A stretch of 64,000 nt of DNA from Paraspadella gotoi (taxonomy: Eukaryota; Animalia; Chaetognatha): NCBI GenBank assembly GCA_051294375.1, contig CM119263.1, positions 25,449,367-25,513,366 on the forward strand. Reading direction: 5' to 3'. The notes under the pieces were generated by a model. That model was not told the DNA's origin. It made no database searches and saw only the letters and a program-made list of their open reading frames with translations. Made by a program: the position numbers and the translations under genes. Below are positions 23,501 through 35,500 of this stretch, piece after piece. How positions within the stretch are numbered: position 1 is the stretch's first letter; every line of letters begins with the position of its first letter.

Positions 23501-26500
23501 CAAAATAGAATTTTTCTTTATTTATAATTTAATTTTCTTTTTTCAAATTTTATTTTTTTTAGTATCAAAATTTGTCGTCAATCCAGATTTTTCTTATGCT
23601 ATTGCGACGATCCTTATGCTTTTAAGATTTTTTTATTTTGGGGTATTTACTGTATAAGTCAAATAAATATACAGCAGTCATGCACTGGTTCCGATTCTGT
23701 TGGGTTTAGCCTATCTTTCAAGCACATAACGAAAAAAAGAAATAATAGCAATTAATCCAAATTTTGTTCTCAAAGTTTATCATCATTTTTGTTTCTTACT
23801 GTTTTTGCCAAACATGCCCTTTAAAATTATAAAAATATAGATTAGCTAATGAAACTACAATGTCTTAGGTACATTTCGTTGCCCGAACAAAGAAAATTCA
23901 TTGATATCATAGTCTCAATATGGAGCCTTGCAATACCTCGTTTTCTTCGTAATTTACCCCTTTATTGATAAAGGCCTTGTATTATAATAAAAAATAAAAC
24001 AACAATTTAACCATACGGCTACATGCATTAGCGTGTTATTGAAAGATTGTAGTGATTTTTTTAATAAAAATTATTTATATTGATATATCTAATGGACAAA
24101 ATGCAAAGGTTTTAATTTGCACCTGAGGATGACCACAATTTAAAAATCTGATAATAAAGTCTTTTAGCCCTATGTCAGTAATTTTTAAATCAGGGGGAAC
24201 AAAGTTTGAACTCCTAAATTTTCATATTTAAATCATATGTTTTTAAGGTTGCTACTTTTTATTACCAATTAAGTCACTCAGCCGAAGCTAAAAATTTAGT
24301 GGAACCAAAAAGAAAATTTAACGAACGCAGATTTGTTTTAAAAATTGGGTGTGAAAAATGACCATTTTTTTGTAAATTATTTTTCAATGCATGAATCGAT
24401 TGATTTGAAATGTTGGATCAACAATATTGACATCATTTCCTATCAGTAAATGTAAAAATATGTAAAATAACATTATAAACGACCAGGTAACTTGCCTATC
24501 TATGTAAAGGCATTATGGGTTAATTTTCTTTTCGCCGACCGGGCTTAGGGTTAAGGGTTAGGGTTAAAGATAATTTAGGGTAATTGCGTAATAATTTTTA
24601 TTATTTTTTTTTAAAAAAGAAGTATATTTAAGTAGTTTTTCAAAAGACCCCGGTAGGCGAAAGTGAAATTTTTGCTAATTATCTGATCAGCTGCTTACCG
24701 TTAATGATCTTGGGCTGATCCGGCATTGTTTGCGCAAACTTGTTCATTTTATGCCATCAAAATGAGTAAGCGAGGGGACCGAGGTGTTTGTTGAAGACAT
24801 GATATTCTGATGATTGTTAATTATGCGTATCACCTAAAAGGCGCTATGCTGACGCCAGCACCAATCATCAATACTGGAATGGAAGCATCCGATGGAAGAT
24901 GAAAACTTTCTTGAGGCTGGATGAATGCATAGACGAAGCAGTTCGCCGTATGGGATGCCATCCAGCTCGAACAAACACTGTAGGCGCCCTCCCGGTTTCC
25001 CTCTTTTAAAAATATGATTTAAGTCTTCACAAACTTGTTAATATTATTTAATAATTGAAAGCGAGTGTTTTTTAAATTTAAAGGTGTTACCTCTTTCTTT
25101 AAACACGTTAGTAACAATTCTGACTTTGTTCTCGTACGGTGACGACGCGATGGTATACAAACGCGGCATCAACGGTGGGAATCGTTGAAGAAGCGTTTTG
25201 TAGTCGATGTATAGGTGAGTGAATGTTAGCAGTAGTTCCGCCAGGGTAACTGCTTTTCTAAAACACCATCGGGCGTAGGTTTGTGCATCCTAAAAATCAT
25301 GCAAGATGTACTCAGGACTTGAGGAAAAAACAACCTAAAAATCGCGTCATACTGTGGCAAGCGCGTTCAGCAGTTTTTTCTCCCGCAAGTCCGTAGTCGT
25401 GCTGACAAATTCTGCCAAAATTTCTTGCGACGGGGGAGATGTTATGTCCAGAAAAAAGGTCAACGCTTCTCTCAGCGTTACGCGGGGAGGAATGTGTGAT
25501 GGCCACACCCAAAATTTCTTTGTACCTAAGTTCTTAAGTTCTTAATTAAAAAAATCATTTTTTTAGTTAATCCTTATGTCAAACATTATGAAACCCACCA
25601 TACGAAGTGTCTATAGATTTTCTCTTGCTGAGAACTATGACTTCGTTTCTATCTGGTGCCCCTTTCATGAGTCTCGAAAGGATCAAGTTTACAGATAAAG
25701 GATGATTCTGTGGAAATATTCCGAGATCGTCTCCTGGTCGAAAATCCGGTACCTTTCCGGCGACTGTGACAAAATCCGTTAGCAGCCGCTTATGACTACG
25801 GAATCGATTAGATTTATAGTTAAGAATTATTATGAAGAATTACGAACATCGTGCGAAATTTTTGTTCACCTAAAATCTTCACAGTAAATAATTTCATTTT
25901 TGATGATCCGAAGAGGCATAACTTCTTGTCGATGAATCTTTCCCAAATCGGCACAAAGATCCTCAGCAGTCTTACCTACATAAAATTAAATAATTTATTT
26001 ACTCTATATATATATGATATATTTCTTATGGGCACTCTCATTCTCTATCAGTATTCATCTAATGTTACTTAGTTTTTGTCCTCGTTCAACGACAAACTTC
26101 CATGAGCTGTTATCTTGTGTTTTAGCGATGGATAGCGGAAAATCGACAATGTCTGAGTGCCCAAAAATTTTGACCAAAACCTTTTATGGAAAAATAAATT
26201 GATTCCCTGCCGTGTCTGTCATCAAAAAATTAAAATATCCTACCGCCACAGTCGCCTTTAACCATTTTAAAAATTCTGCGTTTTGACCCGTAACTTCATT
26301 GGCCTCCGTCAGAGGAATTATACTTTGAGCACCGCCAGATTCCAAAATGGTGGAGAGATGTCGTGCCGTCGCCCCAAAATCTGGGCTTGCACTTGTGTCT
26401 AACGCCAAGCAAGCAAATCTGGAAAAAGGAAACATTGTAAGATTTATTTTCCTTTTCGGCAATGCCAGTGGAGATAACTCAGAATCCCTTCACCCAAGAG

Positions 26501-29500
26501 ACATAAATTGTGGCTCATTTTGTAGCCCGCCATCTGGCATTTCTGTTGATATCAATTTTTACATAATTCTACTTCTTTGTACTTTGTACTTCTTTGGTAT
26601 TAAGTTCTCTGCTGCAATGAAGTCTTCGAATTTGTCAATCAACGATTACCTTAAACTCCTAAGCTTCTGACTCCTGACTACTTCAAAGTTATAAATCCAA
26701 TCAAAGTTGGATGGAGCCTCTGCGATTAGGAGGACAACGTCCTCGAATTCCATATCACTTGGATTGTATTGAGGCGCGTAAACCAACTAATTATAAATTA
26801 CTTAATTACATTAACCAAAATTATTTGAAAAGTAAATCAGGATAATAACTACTTGTGTTTTAAAATACTCTTGTAACGAATACTTGACAAGTGTAGCATA
26901 ATGTTGGCTGACACCATGCAGGCGCGTGTATATTATAGTGACGCTATTAAAGCGACGTCGTGTGATGTGTCCAATCATGCGAACAAAAAAACGTATGCAT
27001 AGAGATATTGACTTCAGGTGGCCGTGATGACGCCAATTAAGTAATAGACGACGTTGCTCATTGGCCTTGAGTCGAAATTTGCTCCACACGTACTTTCGCT
27101 CCACCTCCTCTTTTAAAAGAAAAAAAATGGCTTGAACTAGTATCTATAAATTTAGATTAAATTATTAATATAAAATTAAAATAATAGCTTAAAATTTTGA
27201 CCGACTATATCGAGCAATTAATAACGTTACCTAAAACTTTAAAGCTCGGTTGGTAATTTTCATCTGGAGCAAATTTTGCGTAATCTTTTTCACTTAAACA
27301 TCCTTGTATGGCTTCACCGGCTGTGGTTTTTAAATCCAAATATATTTGCTTGTTTTTTGCCTTCGTTTGCTCATCGACGAATTTTTCTAGCATGATCGCT
27401 GCTTTTTCATCCGTCAATACAAAAGTACCTTCCAACTGAGAGTCGAAAGTAGTATGTGACATTACAAACAATTCGAAGTAAGTGTACCTGGAAACTGAAA
27501 AGGACGGCTTCTTGTAAAGTTTCTATAGCCGATTTCCTCCAATGACTTGGAGGAGCAGTGACATCTAGCTCCATTAGTTTTCCGACCTCTGCCGAATAAT
27601 TATACCTAAAGGTTCAAAAATGTTGATACGTCGTGTACGCTTAACTGCCGCAACCCATCTAATTATAAATATAATTGATTATTCTAACCGGGACTCTTCG
27701 TTAAAGGGACCCCGTGCTAGTGATGACGCCAAGTGAATTCCATTGAATGGAGCTGCACTGTATTGAATGCCACCAATCGTTATGCCAATATTCGAAGTTG
27801 TTGGCAGAGCAAACCAACGCAGATTTAATGTCTCCATTTGGTACCTAGTATTAAACACCACGAAAAAAGCTGTAAAATCATAAAGTTTTCAAGTTGTTTT
27901 ACGATTTTACAGTTTCAGATTGTTTCAGCCTCTTCCTGAAATACTATTTTTCCCTCTATTTCCTCACTCCTTTGTTACCCCTTTAATAGACGTTTCATGG
28001 ACCCTTACTAGTCTTAATGCTGACTCCAGTAGCCTGATTAACTTTAGGAAGATTAAAAACTAAACATTTATTTTTATTATGTTCTAAGAACCTGATTTTT
28101 CCCCAAAAGCTTACTTAGGATGTCGGAGAGCAATTATTTTTATAAGTTTTGATGGTATTTCAAACATTTGTGGATCATTGTAATCTAATTGAATAAGCAG
28201 TGGGAGAACATCCCAATTGGTATATTTTGATTTCCATCCTAACTTTCTGCATAATTTAGTAAGGTAGACCGTACAAGGATCCCCAGTAATGGTGCCGTTT
28301 AAAGTTTTATAACCAGCAAACTGTATTAATTTTTTATTCCAGATTCTGTATTGTTGTCCATTGGGCCCAGTAGGACGAAAAATGGTTATAGCCGATCGTA
28401 TTTTTCCATTGTTCGTGGCTAATATTTTTAAAGAGTTATGTAAACTAATCAAAGAAAAGTCTGCTATTTCATTCAGTTATTGATATAATATAAGTTTTGA
28501 TTGAAAGCTTGCAGGGACCTGCTATGTCATTATCTTGTAAGATAGCTTATTTATTAAATGAATGGATAATTTTTATATTGGTTGTACCAATTTCATAATA
28601 TAATTAAAGTGGTCCCAATTTAAAATGTTTTTGCTTTTAAGTTTAACTTAAAGTACCATATTTTATGTGGTTGCAACAAGCCCTAAATATGCTGTGGCAG
28701 TCATTTAAGTGCCGACAATCAAATATTTGAAGAGATCGGCCCACATAACGACCAAGACACGTGGCTGCATTTTTGAAGGCGTCTTTAACTCCAAATATTA
28801 ACTCTTCTCTGGTATGATCATATGTATTGTTTTGAGCTATACTAACGAGTACCTATGATTAAAAAAAGATAAAATTGTACATTCACTGCTTATGAGCATA
28901 AACGTAAAAAATATTACCGCAACCACCTTTAACCCCTAACCCTAAATCTCCTTAACCATAACCAAACCTTACCAGTTTTTGATATTACCAAAAAAAGTAA
29001 TGATATATACTATTATATAGTATTTCATACTCCGCTCCTGCCAACCCAAAGGACTCGGGTTCGCGCCCTACTGATCACAAGTAAAAGCGGGACGGGGCGT
29101 TTAACCCACCTGTAGTGGCGGACTACAGGCGATCCGAAGTTCGGGACCTTGTGTTCAACGGACGGTGAACTGATCGCGGAATCGTCTTCCACATTATGCG
29201 AATAAAAATATAACGACTGGTACAGTTCCAGTCGGCGAAAGAAAAATGGTGCCAAAAAGAACATGGTTTTGTTGGCAACAAGTAATGCCTAATAAATTTA
29301 TCACCTGGTGTAAACGTTGACGGTGTAGATCTGTACCAAATAGGCCTCGATGCTCAAAATATTTTTCTAAGAATAATTGAGCTTCTTTCATCATGGAAGG
29401 TCTAAAATATTACATTCTCTTACTATTGTGTTTCGACTCCAATTTCATTGCGTTTCGTATGTTGTGAAAACAAAGTTTTATTTTTTACAAACAACTACAG

Positions 29501-32500
29501 TTGTAAAAGCAGCAGGACCAGACAACCGCCCGCCTCACCGTTAGCTTTGTCTTAAATTTTCTCTTTCTTTTCCCTCTCTATGTACATATCTCGAACTATT
29601 TTACTATTTCGTTTTTTTGAAAAACTTTTACTTTTACAACATTGATAAATTAAAAATATTGTTTCTAAATAATGTCCCCTCTTTCCCAACTGACCATATT
29701 TCATTTCCCTTCACTCTCCTTCAATCTCTTCTGACCTTACCTTCAGCCATTTGCCATTAGTCGAAACATGTCCGCTATAATATCAATGAAAAATCCTATT
29801 TTGTTGTTTAATATGACTGATTAAAGAATAAAATAAAATTTGTTTTAAAAAAAGTTATTTATTCATATTTATCAAATATGGATGGATTTAAATGGATGGA
29901 TAATTTTTAGATTGGTTGTACCAATTTCATATAATAGTGAAATAAAATGAAAATAGTATCAGAGCATTGTTTACTATTCTTTTCATCTTATTTTTTGAAT
30001 ACTGTTTGCTAAAAATACATGCTGTTTATTTTTAAAAAAATATATTTTATATATTTTATTTTGACGGTTTTCCTTTCGTTTCGTTGGTAAAGAATTTAAA
30101 ATAAGATATATTTTATATATATTTTATATAGATTTTTGTTAATTGGAGGTATTATTGCTGTTACCACATACAAAATTTTAATATAATCCATCCATCCAAT
30201 CTCGAGTAACTAGAGATTAAAGCAAAAAGGGGATAGGTGGACATATGGAAAGACTAACAGACAGATAACAATTTTTTTTATAATTTAATATTTTTTAAAT
30301 GATTCAAGTGATTGATTGACCAACCCAAAAAGCAAATAAAAGGGATGATCGAGTTGATTGTGCTTATTGAGATTAATGGTTAATTCTCATTGAGAATAAT
30401 GGTTTTGTATAAAAAATTAAAATATCAAAAAAATTAAAAAAATTTGCCTTTTTCAAAATCGAAAGGCTAGAGGCTGATTTTTTTAGAATTGCAAAATTGT
30501 TTTCTTAACTCGAAATCCATTATTCTAAAGTTTCAAAATATTTTTTTTCCAAAATCATTGAATAATTTTTTTTTATTAATTTAAAATGTTTTTTATAATG
30601 TTGTTTTTGTTTGAAAGAATTGGAAAAAAGGGAAAACAGTAATTATGTAAGGTTTTTAAAAATACTTAAAATATTAAATAATTAGACATAAGGGGAGTAA
30701 GCAGAAATAAATTCCTATTAAAAAAAAATTAAAATGAATTTGTTGTTATTCAGATTAATTGACTAATTATAAGCTAATGAAGTAATGATTCATATAAATT
30801 GAGGAAATGTTGGGTTAAAAAATATTCATCTTGGTCTCGGTTAATAATTAAGTTATTGTTAGTTTTGTTTTAATAATATTAATTATTTTTACATTTATAA
30901 AAACAAGTCGGAAATTTTATAAGCGTTTTGAGCTATATTGTTTCATCTTTTTTCCCCATTTTTGATCTCGTTAGCTTTTTTGTTGATGGTCAAGAGTTAT
31001 GGTCAGATACAGTAATATGCACATCGCACATATTACCAAAAGTAACAATCAATTAATTTGGTTTAGAAACCATTTTAAAGAGACAAAATCAGCACGAGAC
31101 CATTTCGCCACGTTATTTTTCATTGTGTCTTATAAAAAAATCGCTGTTTGTAACAAATAAAACTTTTTCTCTTACTAAAAATTTTAACTAATAGTATCGT
31201 GGTTCAAAACTCACGTATTGACATTGTTTTGATTGAAGCCCATATTGAATCTTTCACATTTTGGCGAGTTCGAATTTAAATTATCAGGAATAACGGCGAA
31301 TTCGAGAAGATCAGTAATAGGAGCAGGAGTGCGGACGAATTTTTCAGTAACCTCCGATTCCGAATCTTGAATTTCTTTTTCTTTGCTGGTCTTTCTTTGA
31401 TTAATAATTTTTTCTTTATCGGGTGCTTTCACGGCTTTTGTTGCGAATGTTGGTGGGTTGTTCATTTTATCTAAAGAATTGTGGACGCAACAAGTTGTGG
31501 ACGCAACAACTTGTTGCGTCCACAGAATACATATTTTTTCATCAATCACTTTTTGAGCGAAATTTTGTTTCATATAAAAACTAGAATTCTAAAAGTTTTT
31601 AGTTCTACCAGTCGCTTGTGAAGCTCTTTTGGGTTCTTTAACCATTTCTTGCCCCTTATAGAGTGTTTCGTAATATTTAGGAATTGTTGAGGGATCAACT
31701 CCAATAGAGGGTCGCGGCGATGATCGTGTTTTTGCAACCGGTAACTCTTTAGTTGATAATTGATTGTTTGTTGGCTCTTCTTCACAATTTGTTTCACTTT
31801 TTTCTAACAAGAAAATTAATTTATGCTAGGTTAAATTCTGTGTGTTATTATTATTATTAGTTATTACTTTTTGGTAGCACTGGTGGGACTTTTTTTTTCT
31901 CAATGTATGGTGTGCTGTTATCATCTTCTTGCCAGTGATTTATATTTGTTTCTTCGGTCTTCTTTTTGGGCATAGTGATCAATTAAAACTGTAATTAAAC
32001 ATTAAATTTCTAAATGAATTTTCAAGGATAACGGCGAAACAATTGTAAATCTTAAAAATAATTATCTTATTATCATTATCAGCGATTCAGCGCGGAAAAA
32101 AGATTATTAAAAAGATGAGGAATGATAAATTTTGAATAAATAATATTAACCTAGGCATGATTTACTTACTTTTGAGGCTTTGATTATACCGACTTACGAG
32201 TTGTACTGTTTTTGAACTAATCGTTTTAACTGCCACTTAAAAACAAAAACTAAAAAAAACATAAATAAACATATCTATTTTCTTTAAGCCGGATTTGTAA
32301 GCGGAGATTCTTTTTTCTATCGCGCAGGTTTGACTAAAGAAGGGCATCTCATCGAAGACCTTCGCCTTCTCAGACGGAGCGGCAATGAAACTTCTCCATA
32401 TGTTGTGTCGGACAAAACTCCTTCAATGTTTTTGCGCCATTCCCAGTCTAGCAACGGAGTTTCGTCCAACGTTGGCAATCCGCCTCCCTCGTTTCACAGG

Positions 32501-35500
32501 TTTCATTTGAAAATTTATTGTACAATGTACACAGTGTACACTGTTCAGTATACATTGTTAACATTTAACAATGTAATTGGCTTTAAAAATATCTATAGGA
32601 CAACATATAATATAGTACTTGAATCAAACCGATTAAATAAATTAAACTCAATAAACTCAATCAATCAACCAATCATCAGCGGCCATTGGTGCAGTAGGCA
32701 AGTCATTCGCCTCCCAACACAAATGTCCGGGGTTCTAGCCCGGTGGTCGCCTAGTAGTTAAGAGAGACGGGGCGCTTAATCCGCCTGTAACACAGTGTTA
32801 CAGCCTGATCCGAAGCTCAGAGACTGCTTAAATATTGAACGGTTCTTTCACTAACTCATAACAATTATTTCTGTAACAATATTCTTACTCGGATTTGTGG
32901 CCCGAAACGATCTGGCCAATGATTTTAGGGCAATTTTTTATTTATTTCAGGACTAATTTATATTTTATAACCTCTTTTTTCTCACCTACAACTATAACTT
33001 TTTCGGACAGGCCGCCGTACATTGCACCGACTGGCCTTCCTCCAAAATCACCCACGCCTCGTCCTAGTCCATCCATCCTCTCAGAGGCTCCACAAGATCT
33101 TCGTGTCAAGCCTCTTAAGTCCGGACCGGCGCCTCGAAGTTCTATTACGGGAAAATCCAATTGCATAACGTCCACTCAAGCGGCGAAGATGCCGCACGTT
33201 GCATCGGCGTTGTTTGCGACCTTGATGACGACATTAACAACTACAACTACTACGACTTCGACAATGTCCTTGGATTCATCGAGATGTGTCGGACGATCAC
33301 ATTCTCCGTCTAAACGCGACTTTAAGTTTCTAAGTGATACTGTTTCCTCGGGGTCTTCTGATGTCGTTGGTCACAATTCCTCGTCTAAAGTTTCGTCAAC
33401 AACCCTTGTTCGTTCTTCCATCTCTGGAACGGCCAATCCGGGCGGATACTTGGATCATTTTAAGTCCTTCGTAGAAAGCAATGCCTTATTCAACACTAAC
33501 TGCCCTGAACGCTTTCCGAGCGCGAGCGAAAATATCGGTTTAAGCAAAACAGAAAACGTTATTTTAGGTGCTAGTGGATCATATAGTACACAAATTGCGT
33601 CCTCCAAGTCAAAAGCGACGTCATCGGAATGTGGGAGCTCGTCAGAATGTCCGACTTCGTTTCCGTCATCATCTTCTTTGACTTCTCAGACTCAGACTTT
33701 TCTCGCGCCTTTCGTAAGCGACGTTCACAGCACACCCTCGTCGATATCTTTTGTTTCGTCGTCGGACGTTACTTCGTTACCGGCGACCAACATTTCCGTT
33801 GCTCCTCAATTGCCGCCTGATCCCTCCAACCCTTCAACCGGAAACGTTGCTCGACCGTTGGGTCATCCCAAGTTAAAAAAGGCCTGGCTGAGACGTCACG
33901 AAGACGAAGATGTGGGAAAATCTATTGATGCGTCCGATGTCGAATTGAAGACTCCGGAAAGTTCCTCTGCCACGAGTGACGTCACTACCATCACTGTTGC
34001 GCGAGTGACCGAAGTGGTCGGTGCTAATCCTTTGGCAAACCGGCGCCCTTGTCTGGAAAAGTCGCTTTTTGATTCGAAAATATTCGACAGCGAAACAAAA
34101 AACAAGATCCTTATTTCGAAAAGGTAATTCAAAATCGGTTTTGATATTCTTTAAGAATTCTTCAATTCCGTTTCACTTTTTTTTTAGATTCGAACAAAAC
34201 GGTGATGAAAAGATGTTCTCAGCGAAGGAAAAAATGAAAAAACAATCTTATCCCCGTTCATTCGTGCCAAAAAATTCTGGAAAGATATTAGTGGAGTTAC
34301 CACCATCGATCAATCCAGAATGCACAGGCGAAACTACAAGCACAGTTTCTGAATATGAATCAATTGTGAGTAGTGAAGAGCACAGCGACGGCACATCATG
34401 TTAAGTCTTGATCTCACTTTTCATAACAACTTTAATAATACCGTTGAAGTATACGAATTACAGTATTCGTAAACAGAATCATGGATGTTAAAATAGTACT
34501 GAGCCCGAACGTCGTTTTGATAAACGTATTTATTTATAAAAGTTTTATAAAATCGAGGCTCACATCAAAAGTTCAGTAGTTTTTAAAAAAGCTTTTATGA
34601 TGAAAACAAATTTAGAAAACATAACATATATAATATATTATATCTGAAATACATGGAGCATGGGCCATAAGTCCGATTACGCAGCAACTAGTGGTAACAA
34701 GGAAAATGTGAATTAGAATTATATAATAAATTGTAAAGTTGGGTAGTTAAGCGCGAAAAAATTCGTCAAAACGGATTGATTGGCACCTGAATAATTGTCT
34801 TATGGAAATGCGATAAACTAAAAAACTATTTGCAGTAAATCACCTTTACATATTTGTAGTATCACAGTTTTGAGAGTTTAGCCAAACCATCATTCGTTTT
34901 ATTTACTCTTTGAAAAATATTTCGTGTTTCCTAATTAATTATACATATTTTAATATGGCGTCTTCGAACTTTGGACATTCGACGCATATTATTTTTACTC
35001 GTAACATGTCCTAAATGTTCTAGCATTGTTAACCCAAAGTATTTTCCTTCAATTTAATAAAGATAAGCTCACGTTTAATAACATATACAAAATGCTGTTA
35101 AATTTATTTGTACATGTTTCTAAAAATATATTTTCAGAATATCTTTTTCCCATGTTTAAAAAATTTTAAACATATTTTTTAAGCACCGTTCTCTTGTAAT
35201 CAACGTCGTGAAAAGCATTTATTCAGTTTCTTTACTGTAAACTGGGTAAAGTGTCGGTTTTTTAATTGGTGTAACTCCAGTGTAGGACGGGGTTTTTTAA
35301 AAATAAATTTGCTATTCATGCAATCTAAGGTAGGGGTAGCCGCACTCAATGGGGTGAGTCAAAAATTTACAGTGAGTACATGCTTAAACGAAATATATAC
35401 ATTTTAAGTATACTTTCAATAGACAAAAAATTTCTTATATGATTCCAGAATCTATACCCTAGTAATTAATTTTTTAATATTTATTCATAGATGGGAAAGG

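Noticed and set aside
24697-24808. Exon-like GC-richer patch after NOS-like exon 18 suggesting a premature stop
   Set aside because: All three frames contain stops, and exon 18 splices in phase to 22309 (APFR|SFWNER), restoring the NOS consensus.
21582-31973. NOS-like locus as a decayed pseudogene or a bacterial horizontal transfer
   Set aside because: No stops or frameshifts over 21 in-phase exons; it has spliceosomal introns and the fused animal-type oxygenase-CaM-reductase layout.
32679-32751. Functional tRNA-Gly(CCC)
   Set aside because: Anticodon and T stems do not pair properly and the sequence continues into a repeat body shared with 29030-29150, so it is a SINE head.
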